64,000 nt of DNA. Source: Atractiella rhizophila. Taxonomy: Eukaryota. The stretch spans positions 1 to 64,000 of the forward strand of contig MU271313.1 of the NCBI GenBank assembly GCA_021432655.1, written 5' to 3'. The notes under the pieces were generated by a model, which was not told the origin of the DNA, searched no databases, and saw only the letters and a program-made list of their open reading frames with translations. Within the stretch, counting starts at the first letter, position 1. Each line of letters starts with the position of its first letter. A program made the position numbers and the translations under genes. Of the stretch, positions 49,272-61,306 are shown in pieces.

Positions 49272-51179
49272 CTTGCTTATCCACAGTGGTGTGGTTGTTT
49301 GGCGTAATTTGAAAAGATGGCAGTCGGAGAATTAGAGTTTCCTTGTCCAATGTTTGAGCCCCTTGTATGCGGCTATCCCTCATGTAACAATTGCAAATAG
49401 GCGACAATTTTTGTCATGACTTTTGAATTTACGATCAAACTTCTCACCAGTCAAGTCAGGCATAAGTTACATCAAGAAATCAAGGGCCCCTCAGAAAATT
49501 CGTAGATGGGAGCTCGGCGCTCCCATGTTCCCTAAATCCTGGATGAAGAGAGAGTGGGACAATCTTTAAGTTCCCCTACTGACCTATTCGGGGTTTCTTT
49601 ACTTAAGCTGGTTGGGTTTACGTTCGCTGAGTGCGATGCTAGAATGAAATCACAACTGCGACGTTTGAAAGAAACCAGAAAGTCTACATCCTAACAGGGT
49701 GAGTGCTTTCCAACTACACTCAACTGAACTCGCTTTTGAAGGCGCATAAGCTCTTCGAACTGCCCTCTCCAATTAACGGTCTTGCTTTGTCGCCTTTACA
49801 AGTATAAACTTCATTCTCCCTCCCTCCCACCACTGCAGGACTTTTGCGAAGCCAACGAAGCCCGCCCATGGTCCTCCCTTGAAGGGTTCAAATCGTTTCT
49901 GCTTATCCCTGCGCTCAATGAAACTCCTCAATCCTCCAAACACGTATTCAGTCAGGTCCTCAACCTCGACTTCATAACCGGCCCGTTTGAATTCGGCGAT
50001 GTACTCGTTCATGGGAAGGAGGTTCGAGTATGGGACGGACGACAGTAGGCAGATGAGGCGATGGAGAGTGATGGTGAAGAGATGCGTGAGCGGATTAGAG
50101 GAGGTAGGAGGGACGGGTACAAGATCGGTGAGGAGGAGAGTGCCGTTGTCGGCAAGCTGGGAATGAGAGAGTTGGAGGAACTTGAAGCGAGATGGGAAGC
50201 TATATTCCACGCTGTCAGTGACTGCAAACGAAAGTAAGAGGAGACGAACTGATAGACGCAATCCACCGCAATTATGAAATCATACTGCTTGCCCTCTCCG
50301 CCATCTGCGCACGCATCTCCACATCGAACATCTCCCTTCACCTTCGATTCCACCTCATAGCCCCTTAGTTTTTCGATGGCCATATCGCGTTGTGTCGAGA
50401 GGGACGTAACACCGTCGAGCAGGGCGGGAGAGAAGCGGTTGGCCCACAGAAGGAGGGAGTCACCACAGCCGTAGCCAACCTCTTCGAGTTTGGAAGAAAA
50501 TAAGTCAGTGCTGGCACTGTGGTTATTATGAAATGGACCGCTTGCTTCGCGGGAGATCTTTTCTTCTCCATTTAAAATAAAACGAGAAATGAGAGCTCAA
50601 ATACCCTTGATACTTTTCAGGTGGAAACTTGAATAAGCTCGCAGCATGAATGGAGCTCAAACGGGAGCATCACGAAGAGGGACACACCTTTTATTCGACA
50701 GTTCTGTCGCAAACCGCCAAATGACGCCAATTTGAGGGCCAGCGCTGGCCTTTCCTGTCAATTTTTCTGATTCAACAAAGGTAGGAAGAAGGATGCCACC
50801 TTCGCAAGCTCGTGGAAAGTCGATTGTGTCCTTCAGTCAGGTTAGGTCGGCTAAGAACACTAGGGAAGTGGTTATATCACCTTCCAATATCCCATATTTA
50901 ACCACGTACTGCAAGTTTCTGGTTGCACATTGAGCAGCAAATGATCCAAGTTGTATGGCTCTTCTTTCCGCACCAGCCTGGAGAAGAATCCGTACAGGTT
51001 CGGGAGGAGCAGACCAAGAAGAAAAGAGAGGAGCAGGAGCATTGCAAATACTCTTGAATATTGGCTAGAGTCGTTTCGCTTGATGAACTGAACTGGACCT
51101 GACAGTAATGTTCCGAACCATCTGACGTTTCCATTGCACTCGCAGCGAAGTGTATCTTGGCCACAAACCGACCAGAGTT
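49180..51179. repeat. Tandem segmental duplication, copy A (~2.0 kb)
   Basis: Near-identical to 51455-53461 (PTM1 5' end and promoter plus the methyltransferase gene), with scattered substitutions and small indels. Confidence 0.97.
49773..51042 (-). CDS. Class I SAM-dependent methyltransferase with N-terminal hydrophobic anchor, copy A
   Basis: MLLLLSFLLGLLL, WLNMGYWK, motif I EVGYGCGD, YDFIIAVDCVY, GTLLLTDL. Confidence 0.85.
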
Positions 51180-51454
51180 AAAAGCCCAGAAACCAAAATT
51201 CTGGTCCTAGTCCAACGCACGTGAGTAAGTCACTGAGTCGCGCCGTGATCACCAGCACTCATCAACCAACCACTCTCCCAAGCTCTCCCAGAGCTCTCCT
51301 TTCAACTCTCTTCGACCGCATCCTCTCTTTGCCACCAACTCCCCAACCCGAGAACACATTCTCTAACTGCAGCCACACCCACCAAAGCCAACGCATGACC
51401 TTCTTGAAGGAAATGGCACCAGAAGGCGGTCAGATGAGTAGCAACACCTTGCTA
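51174..51454. other. Unique ~280 bp filler at the duplication junction (possible mobile-element fragment)
   Basis: Not present elsewhere in the window; bounded by ACCAGAG at 51171-51177 and 51454-51460; contains a small hairpin CCAGAA-N7-TTCTGG and a CT-rich tract. Confidence 0.7.
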
Positions 51455-51546
51455 CCAGAGCACACTTGTCTCGACGTCGATTCTGACGTTATTTCTACCT
51501 GATACGCTGCCGCCGAAGCGAGCAGCAATGAGAGTAATCCCAACAT
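51430..51546 (-). pseudogene. Truncated PTM1 exon-1 copy reading into the filler
   Basis: MLGLLSLLLASAAAYQVEITSESTSRQVCSG followed by filler-derived SKVLLLI*. Confidence 0.8.
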
Positions 51547-53461
51547 CTTGCTTATCCACAGTGGTGTGGTTGTTTGGCGTAATTTGAAAAGATGGCAGTC
51601 GGAGAATTAGAGTTTCCTTGTCCAATGTTTGAGCCCCTTGTATGCGGCTATCCCTCATGTAACAATTGCAAATAGGCGACAATTTTTGTCATGACTTTTG
51701 AATTTACGATCAAACTTCTCACCAGTCAAGTCAGGCATAAGTTACATCAAGAAATCAAGGGTCCCTCAGAAAATTCGTAGATGAGAGCTCGGCGCTCCCA
51801 TGTTCCCTAAATCCTGGATGAAGAGAGAGTGGGACAATCTATAAGTTCCCCTACTGACCTATTCGGGGTTTCTTTACTTAAGGTGGTTGGGTTTACGTTC
51901 GCTGAGTGCGATGCTAGAATGAAATCACAACTGCGACGTTTGAAAGAAACCAGAAAGTCTACATCCCAACAGGGTGAGTGCTTTCCAACTACACTCAACT
52001 GAACTCGCTTTTGAAGGCGCATAAGCTCTTCGAACTGCCCTCTCCAATTAACGGTCTTGCTTTGTCGCCTTAACAAGTATAAACTTCATTCTCCCTCCCT
52101 CCCACCACTGCAGGACTTTTGCGAAGCCAACGAAGCCCGCCCATGGTCCTCCCTTGAAGGGTTCAAATCGTTTCTGCTTATCCCTGCGCTCAATGAAACT
52201 CCTCAATCCTCCAAACACGTATTCAGTCAGGTCCTCAACCTCGACTTCATAACCGGCCCGTTTGAATTCGGCGATGTACTCGTTCATGGGAAGGAGGTTC
52301 GAGTATGGGACGGACGACAGTAGGCAGATGAGGCGATGGAGAGTGATGGTGAAGAGATGCGTGAGCGGATTAGAGGAGGTAGGAGGGACGGGGACAAGAT
52401 CGGTGAGGAGGAGAGTGCCGTTGTCGGCAAGCTGGGAATGAGAGAGTTGGAGGAACTTGAAGCGAGATGGGAAGCTATATTCCACGCGGTCAGTGACTGC
52501 AAACGAAAGTAAGAGGAGACGAACTGATAGACGCAATCCAGCGCAATTATGAAATCATACTGCTTGCCCTCTCCGCCATCTGCGCACGCATCTCCACATC
52601 GAACATCTCCCTTCACCTTCGATTCCACCCCATAGCCCCTTAGTTTTTCGATGGCGATATCGCGTTGTGTCGAGAGGGACGTAACACCGTCGAGCAGGGC
52701 GGGAGAGAAGCGGTTGGCCCACAGAAGGAGGGAGTCACCACAGCCGTAGCCAACCTCTTCGAGTTTGGGAAGAAAATAAGTCAGTGCTGGCACTGTGGTT
52801 ATTATGAAATGGACCGCTTGCTTCGCGGGAGATCTTTTCTTCTCCATTTAAAAATAAAATGAGAAATGAGAGCTCAGATACCCTTGATACTTTTCAGGTG
52901 GAAACTTGAATAAGCTCGCAGCATGAATGGAGCTCAAACGGGAGCTTCACGAAGAGGGACAGACCTTTTATTCGACAGTTCTGTCGCAAACCGCCAAATG
53001 ATGCCAATTTGAGGGCAAGCGCTGGCCTTTCCTGTCAATTTTTCTGATTCAACAAAGGTAGGAAGAAGGATGCCACCTTCGCAAGCTCGTGGAAAGTCGA
53101 CTGTGTCCTTCCGTCAAGTTAGGTCGACTAAGAACACTAGAAAAGTAGTTATATCACCTTCCAATATCCCATATTTAGCCACGTACTGCAAGTTTCAGGT
53201 TGCACATTGAGCAGCAAATGATCCAAGTTGTATGGCTCTTCTTTCCGTACCAGCCTGGAGAAGAATCCGTACAGGTTCGGGAGGAGCAGACCAAGAAGAA
53301 AAGAGAGGAGCAGGAGCATTGCAAATACTCTTGAATATTGGCTAGAGTCGTTTCGGTTGATGGACTGAACTGGCCCTGACAGTACTGTAATGTTCCGAAC
53401 CATCCGAAGTTTCCATTGCACCCGCAGCGAAGTGTATCTTGGCCACAAACCGACAAGAGTT
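51455..53461. repeat. Tandem segmental duplication, copy B
   Basis: Near-identical to 49180-51179. Confidence 0.97.
52048..53319 (-). CDS. Class I SAM-dependent methyltransferase, copy B (retains native upstream region)
   Basis: Same motifs as copy A (WLNMGYWK, EVGYGCGD, IIALDCVY). Confidence 0.88.
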
Positions 53462-54682
53462 GTCATACTGAATGGGTTGATGCGGAAGCCGTAAACGCAT
53501 GGGCTGATGGAAGGCAGGAGCGACGGGCATGACATGACAGGTGCGACTCGTCTTAATATAGTAGTGGGAGAGGGCAAAGTGAACAGTGATGTTTCGCGAA
53601 CTTCTGAGACATTTTTGAGAGATCTCTTTGCCAACTTCGTGACATGAGCGTGCTCTCCCCTTCCTGAATACGTCTAAGCTGCGCCAAGGAACATGCCGTG
53701 AAGGCCAGCCTTAAAACGTAACTAAATTGATTACAGAGATGTAAATTGCTAAATTGCAAAGTGAAACGTCGACTTGATGACATCCTTGTCTGCTTGTGGT
53801 GGACCTGTGTATTGTTCACATCAGCCATGTTACGTTAGAGATCATCATCGAACAGCTGTGCATGCAATATCCTCTTCATACCTCTCATTATATCTTTTAC
53901 AAACGGCAAGGAGCACGTTCGTGTCCCTTCCACTAGTGTGAATAGAGGTGCTGACATGAAGATCGATGAAATGACAAGCTCCTTAGGTGTCTCTTTTGGT
54001 AAATCGAACTGGAATCAGCGTGGATGTCCCGATTGGTCAAAACTAGGAACCTCGAGCAATCAAACTATTTGTATCAGTCTGGTGGATTGATCTCTTGAGA
54101 AATAAGCGACAATCTCTTATTCTAGCCTACAACTTGGGAGTAGGACGCAAATTTCGCAGTCTGAAACATTTCACGTGATGAAAATCTTACCTGCATCTTT
54201 CGGTGTCTTGACCATTGTTCCCGTGCCTCTAGTTGCCTGTCTTTGAATTTCCTTCTGCGAGGTTCTCATATCATCCCACTTTATTGAACTCAAAATTCAG
54301 AAGTCGTACGAGGCGACAGTGTTTAGATGAGGCGACAAGATGGATGATGGCCACGGCTGCGTCTGGAAGCTATCAGGGCATATCAACTTATGTAGTCATA
54401 CAGCGAGGTGCAGCAGCTTGAAAGAGAACAGTATGCACTAGCCCATCATGATCCGACTACTATCCCCGTGGATTATATGCGGACCTTGCTTCTCCGTATT
54501 CTGTTAGTGGAGTAGGACGAGTGAAGCGGTCTGCGTTCATACTATCAGGCCATCCCTTATGAGGCCATGGCTATGCCTGGCAGATACAATATAAAATACT
54601 CAGTCTGTTGCTCCAACTTTCCTTTCACTTCAATACGATCGCAACTCTCACTTAATTTCTTCCAACACTTATAAAGTGGACA

Positions 54683-56011
54683 ATGTTGTTTTCTAAAGCC
54701 ATCCCTGCACTCTGCCTTCTTGGCCTTACGTCCGCTGCGGCTATCGCGAAACGGCAGGACTACAGCTACGAGAGTGGATATGATGGCATAACGGACATTG
54801 ATATTCTCAATTTTGCACTAACCCTGTTTGTATTTGGTCCTCTTCAATCGTCTTCTTGACATCTGAGTGCCTAGTGAATATTTGGAGGCTACGTTCTACA
54901 ACCAGGGAATGTCGAATTACACCGAAGCGGATTTTGAAGACGTGGGTCATCTCTTTCTCTCCGAGTAGTCACTAGTCCGACGACGGTGTTGTCAGGCCGG
55001 CTTTCCCAGCATTTTCAACAAGATCGAAAAGATCCGAGTCGACGAGAACGAACATGTTAAGTTCCTTATTGCCGCACTGCAGGGTTTGCCATCCTTCTCC
55101 CTTTCCTCCATCTCTACAGTTTCCCGGCCGCGTGAGCTGACAACCTTTACAGCTGCTGGAGTAGAGCCGATCAAAGAGTCAGAGTACACCTTCAGCTCTA
55201 CCGATGTCAGGTCGTTCCTGGCAGTAGCACAAATCCTCGAAGGTGTAGGCATATCTGCTTACCTTGGTCAGTTAATTTACCTTAAGCACACGACGTTGTT
55301 GAGCTTTCCGAATGCCTATAGGTGCGGCTCCGTTGATAAAGGATCCTGCATATCTCTCTGCGGCTGGCTCCATCCTCACCATCGAAGGTATGCTCCTATC
55401 CCGCAGCTGCCGGAAAACTTGAATATTCTTCAGCTCGGCACAACGCTTTTATTCGATACGTCAACGGACAATCACCCTTCCCAACTACACTCGATGCTGG
55501 GATTTCTCCTCGAAGCGTTGTGACTCTCGCAGCGTCCATGTTCGTTCCTGGAGCCCCCAACGCTCCTGTGCGCTTTTGACATCTCTCTCCTCTTGTTAGC
55601 TTCCTTAACCCTCCGCAACGTGACACAGGCTCTTCAAGCATTCCCAATGCTCACCGTTGCACCTCTAAATCCTCAACCTGGAGATCAAATCACGGTTTCC
55701 ACCCCCAATCCGCCACAGGACACTCCAATCTTTTGTGCCTTCCTATCCGGGACCTCAGCGACCTTCGCCCCTGTTAGCGAAGGAAGATGCAGGGTTCCGA
55801 CTGACGGTTCTGCGACTGGACAGACTTACATCTTCCTCACTTGGGCAGAGAGTGTGTCGGACATCAGCGTCGTCGCCGGTCCCACGATAGTGGACTTCGA
55901 CCTGAGTAAGTTGTTTCCCTTTGTCCATTCACCAATTTATTTCCGTGTCTGTTGTACAAACAGATAGAGACAAATGTTAATGTCATGAACTGGTGGTCAG
56001 GCAGCTGGTGA
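54683..56011 (+). CDS. Secreted ferritin-like (Rds1-like / Ferritin_2) protein
   Basis: Signal peptide plus KR site; TDIDILNFALTLEYLEATFY, DENEHVKFL, AQILEGVGISAYLGAA, AAGSILTIEARH. Confidence 0.88.
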
Positions 56012-56566
56012 TGACCCGGCGGAGATGGTAATCAGGAAGGAGGAACTGGACCTGGATAGTCTGAGAGATAACAGTGGTTCGTTCTCTATCGCGCCACGCT
56101 TTTTCTTTGTCCTGTCAGTTTCAGCTTCTCACTTCTATGGACATTTTCATGTACAACTCACAGGACTATATTAGCGTTCAATTTGCAATCCATTTATACT
56201 GGGAAACTTGTTCTAAAGATCATGAACATTAATCCAATTCGTGATAATGGACGGTTCTCAGCGTTCATGGACAGTTAAGCTAGTCAAGAGAGGTTTGACA
56301 GGGGCCTCAGTAGCACCAAAAGCAAAAGCATCACGTACACGCAGCCCTTTCTTGGGGAGCTGCACACGAGTCTGATATCATGGTCTCTCCTTTTTTTCTC
56401 GCGAATGGCTGAGCCGCTCCCCATTTCATCAGTAGAGACGATGCTCAATCTTGGGCGGCGGTGCTTGATCTAGTTATTTGCCTCCTCTTTTATCAACTAC
56501 AGATCTTAATGATGTTATTATCATTGACTGTTCATGAAAATTTCATAGGCAGCGATGCCAGGACTG

Positions 56567-57501
56567 AAATATCATCGTTCATATATCAGTACCTTCCTAC
56601 GAATCTTGGTGGCTTTTCCATCCCAGTCATAACATTGACCGTCCTCATAACCTGCAGATAAGGACCAACATGTTTCTCGAATTCTCGAGGCATTTCGTTC
56701 AATAATCCAGAAATGATGCTGCCCGCCCATCATGCATCATGGAGATAGACCATAAGGGTCATCTGAAGGAGAACCCGCGCATCGAATTGATTCAAACTGG
56801 CATGCTCTACAACGCCACGTCGAACGGTTTCGATCCGGCACCACGTTAATCTCTCCCATTCTTCGTCCAACAGGCTGTGTAGGCGTCTACTTACTTTGTT
56901 GTGTAAAATTCTGGGAAGATGGCCGCCAAGAGAACCCGCCGAACCCTCCTTCTCCATCACGTCGTTGCCAAACAATACATATTCAGCTGTGAGTATCAAA
57001 TGTATCAAACAAGGGCAAGGGACCACGGTACTTTTCATGGGCTCCTTCCTGTCAGACCCCGTGTCCGTTTGCTTCAATTGATTACCTTCCTATCCTTATA
57101 TCAGCACACAACAAGGTGTCAATCGACTGACAATCTTTGATTCACAACGTGACGCGACGAAAGCTTGGCTTGCAATAGGGCTGCTTTGTTAGTTCAATTT
57201 CAACATCCCTTAACAATGCTGTAGCTTCTTACCTACAGTGGTAACTGGATCAGCACGACAGTGAAACCCAACTGCCAACTAAATCATGGTGATAGCGCTC
57301 TGCTCGTTTCTGCCAACGGCCAAATAAAATCCAGCCTTTGACAAGCTCTTTGTTAATAATAGTTCTGTGACTGGCGAGCGCGCTTTGGAACTGCAACAAG
57401 GCAGCTTGGAAGGAATGTTTTGGTATGTGTAAAAAAAGGGAGGCATTGAATTCCTGACTGGAAGAAATTTGAAAGAGCCGTGCTTTGGAAGTCGAGATCA
57501 T
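56567..57501 (-). CDS. Possible hypothetical multi-exon protein
   Basis: Coding-like minus-strand segments (LFGRWQKRAERYHHDL; RLHSLLDEEWERL; GYEDGQCYDWDGK); gene model unresolved. Confidence 0.3.
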
Positions 57502-57837
57502 AAATCATGCGACTATAGCAAGTTCTCAAACATGTATATTGTAGTCGGGGCTGAAACTCTGTTTATAGAGGATGTATTGAGAGACGCGGTCAGGCCAAAA
57601 AGACCAGCAATATTACTCTAACTAATACAAATCATAAAGGACATATGCTACTAGGACATGCATCTGTCTGGCTATACTCCCCTGTGTTCTCATTGAGGAA
57701 AGCCCTTGAGAGTCAGGCTTTGACAACGCTATCAATCGGACTGGGATACGCGGGCGTTAACGTTGGTTTGTTCAACATAGCCAGGGTTCTATACCTTTAT
57801 AATGGGCTGATTTCTTTGTTGCCTAGAGGGAGGAAGG

Positions 57838-57868
57838 ACGAAATGTGGACATACGAAATGTGGACATA
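57838..57868. repeat. 15-bp perfect direct tandem duplication
   Basis: ACGAAATGTGGACAT x2. Confidence 0.8.
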
Positions 57869-58090
57869 TCCGGTTAGAAGTATCGGTCGACGAGTTGTCT
57901 CAATCGACTCTAATATTTGTCACTCGGACTGACGATCAAGAGGAATGATTCAGTTCCACAGCCATAAGTTGACTGGGATGAAGGAAATGGGATTGCGTGG
58001 AGTAGTGCGAGAACTATTCATATGGGGATTCAAGAACGTCTACAAAGGAAGAAAAAGAAAAGAGGGATAAAGAGAAAGAAGCGAACGACA

Positions 58091-61000
58091 TTACCGGTCC
58101 CTCTTCAAACCCGCTGGCTCCTGCTCCTTTCCTCCATCTACAATCACCCCTAGGCCCCCATCACCTCCCACCTGATCATCATGCTCCTTCACATCGAGCT
58201 TCTTCGCCTCCTCCAACTGCCTCTTCCGGTCCAACAACGGAACACCCTTAATCACCTCCTTGACTTCCTCCAATGAAAGCGTTTCGTATTCTACCAGGGC
58301 GTTGGCTAAGCGATCTAGCTCGACGCGATGCTTCTCAAGCAGTTCGTAAGCTTTTGTCTGTTGGTCCTCGATGATATCCCGGACTTCGCTTTCGATCAGG
58401 GCTCTAGTTTGAGGAGATATCGAAGCATCGTCTTTCTCCAGATGGACCGGTCCTAGAGCATCCGAAAATCCAAAATGGCGAACCATGGTGTGGGCGACAT
58501 GCGAGGCATTGCGAATATCAGATGAGGCCCCATCGGTTATGTTCTCCTTTCCGTAGAGAAGCTTCTCCGCCGCCCGTCCTCCCATTGCCATCTGGATTCG
58601 CGCAAGGTACTCGACGTGACTACGGTTCATCTTATCCATCAAAGGGAGAGAGGATGTGACACCCAAAGCACGACCACGGGGCATGACCGTCACTTGATGG
58701 AGAGGATCGCAGTGTTCATTGAAGAGAGCGACAAGGGCATGGCCACCCTCATGGTAGGCAGTTGCCAGTTTGTTCTCTGGGGTGATGACTGCACTTCTCC
58801 GTTCAGCTCCCATCAAAATCTACCACAGGGACCTTGACAAGTCCCAACTCAACCCAACAAAAAAGAACGTACCTTATCCCTTGCCCAATTCATGTGTCGA
58901 AGTGTAACCATTTCTTGATCATCCACCGCCGCTTTGATTGCAGCTTGATTGACAAGATTCTGCAATTCCGCACCTGAAAATCCAATCGTTCCCCGAGCGA
59001 CGGTGGAAAGATCTACAGAACGATCGTACTTGATAGTTTTCAAATGGTGTTTGAGAATGTTAAGTCGACCTCGCACGTCGGGAAGAGGGACGACAACCTC
59101 TTTGTCGAAGCGACCGGGACGAGTTAAAGCTTTATCCAGCATCTCGGGAAAGTTAGTTGCACCCTATTGTCATCCGACGTCATCCACTCTTCTCTAACAA
59201 AAAAAAAAAAGAAAACAAACAATAATAATGATCCCTTCAGTCTGATTGAACCCGTCAAGTTCGACCAACAACTGATTGAGCGTCTGCTTAGAGTGTTGTT
59301 GATCCCTCGGGTTCCTTCTTGATCCGATAGCATCCAATTCATCGATGAAGACTATGGCAGGTGAGTTGGCACGAGCCTGTTTGAAGAGCTCCCTGATCCT
59401 TGCAGCTCCAACACCGACGAAGATTTCATCGAATTCAGCACCACTAGCGAAGAAGAACTGGACACCAGCTTCTCCTGCAACCGCACGAGCAAGAAGAGTC
59501 TTTCCGGTTCCTATTATCGCGAGCAAATTTCAATACCTCCGACGCGAAGAACAAGATGGGATGACGAACCAGGAGGTCCAATAAGCAAACAGCCCTTGGG
59601 CATCTTCCCTCCTAACTTAGTAAATCGTACAGGGTTCTTCAAGAATTCCACAATCTCCACCAACTCTTCCTTCGCTTCTTCACATCCATGTACGTCCTCA
59701 AAGGTAGTAGTGCTCTTCCCGTTAGGCTGATGCTTTGATGGGGCCTGAGTAGCAAACCCGCGAGCGCCAGCCGCTCCGCCAGCAACGTTGAATTTGAAGT
59801 GTTCCATCATCCAACTCATCAACGTGATGCCCTGTAATGACCGTCACACTTCATTAGGACAGACATGATGTGAGAGCGTGGGACGAACAGCAACAGTGAC
59901 GACCGTAACAACTCCCAAAAAGCGAAAGATGCGAAATGTGGTCGATCCCTTATCTATACGCACACAAACAACGTGTCAGCACAGACATCCTTTCTTGTCT
60001 TTATAGTGCTGTGACAGCCACGTAGAAACGTACTCTCTTCGATGACGAGTTTAAAGTCGTTAATTCCCGTTCCTGGCGCCTTTCCAGGATTTGAAAAGCT
60101 CCAGAATCCACTCCCACTACTAGCTGCAGCACTCGCACCGGCGCTGGCCTTTTCGCCACCTCCCGTACCCAGTCGTTGCCCCAGCCCTGCCCAATTCGCC
60201 TGCTCTGCCAACCTAGGTTTCTTCCTCGAGAGCGCTGCCTTGAGGATCTCTCTCTTGGCAAGCTCTGGGTCAACCGCCGTGCTCGCACCTTCGGAAGCAG
60301 AGGGGAGAGGAGTTGAAACTGGTTGGACGCCATGGTGTGCGAGGATAGATTCTCGTCGCTTCGATGCGAGGGAAATGACTTCGGAGGACGAGACGGAGGT
60401 TTTGGCGAGTAGGAGGGCGCGGAGGTAGAAATTGAACGCTTCGTCGCTCCTTAAAACCTCGCTCAATTCCGGCACACTCTCGTTCGCGACCCCATTCACA
60501 TCAGTAGTGACCTCTCCGAACCCCTCCCAGATCTTGGTAAGCTCTTCGTACCTCTCTACTAACTCGACAGCATACGCCTCTCGCGTTTCCCCGTCCAAAG
60601 AAACCGTCTTAGGATCGTCACCAATGAGTGCGCGGAAGTAGGAGAGGTGGGGTGAAACGTCGGAGGACGAGGAAAGGACTTCTTTCGAACGGAGAGCGAG
60701 CGAACGGATGTAAGACTCGAAGACGGTTGACTCTACGTTGCGGAAGAGGGCACGGATGGGAAGAGAGGTGTGGAGGTGGCGGGACCGCGGGGGCGAAGAA
60801 GTGGCAAGACTTGGCAAGGCGGAGGTTCGTATTGAAAAGTGGCGAGCTGCAAAAATGTGTTATTCTATTTCTTTGCAAATGTGAGATACCATAGAGCTAT
60901 CATCGAGAAACTCTGCCCAGGTAATGCACAAGAAAGTTTACGATCTTGCTGACCAAAAACTGCATTGATGTTGAATGTGCAGCTCTGAACAAATCGCTGC

Positions 61001-61306
61001 ATCGTGCCAGCGAACAGTCCTCGCATTCAGTAAGGAAAGAGAGTCCTCGTTCACCGACGTGCAGCTCGATTGTAGCAGTGAAGGTCCACTTGTTCACGAC
61101 CACCCAACTCCACGGGCCAACCAATAGGAAATAGGAAGCAATAACTCACCTCCTCTCGCCATTCTAGGCATACCCCGTCCCCTACCGCCAACCAGCCGTC
61201 TCGCCACCGCTATCTCCTTATAAAACGCTCGTAAGACCTGCACCGCAAACATGGTCCAGTCAGACGAGGTGGTTACAAAGCGACTGAGCAACGCTACAAA
61301 AAACAT
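58091..61306 (-). CDS. YME1: Mitochondrial i-AAA metalloprotease (FtsH family)
   Basis: [14 protein letters not shown], Walker A GPPG|TGKT, Walker [37 protein letters not shown] zinc motif; start may be 61306 or 61252. Confidence 0.95.

Noticed and set aside
50488..50496. Apparent frameshift in methyltransferase copy A (the ORF track is split relative to copy B)
   Set aside because: The 1-nt indel lies in the intron's pyrimidine tract upstream of the AAG acceptor, so the coding frame is unaffected
40341..56011. Possible secondary-metabolite cluster (UDP-glycosyltransferase, methyltransferases, ferritin-like protein)
   Set aside because: There is no PKS, NRPS or terpene-synthase backbone gene, the genes are interspersed with housekeeping genes, and FAS1 is over 30 kb away
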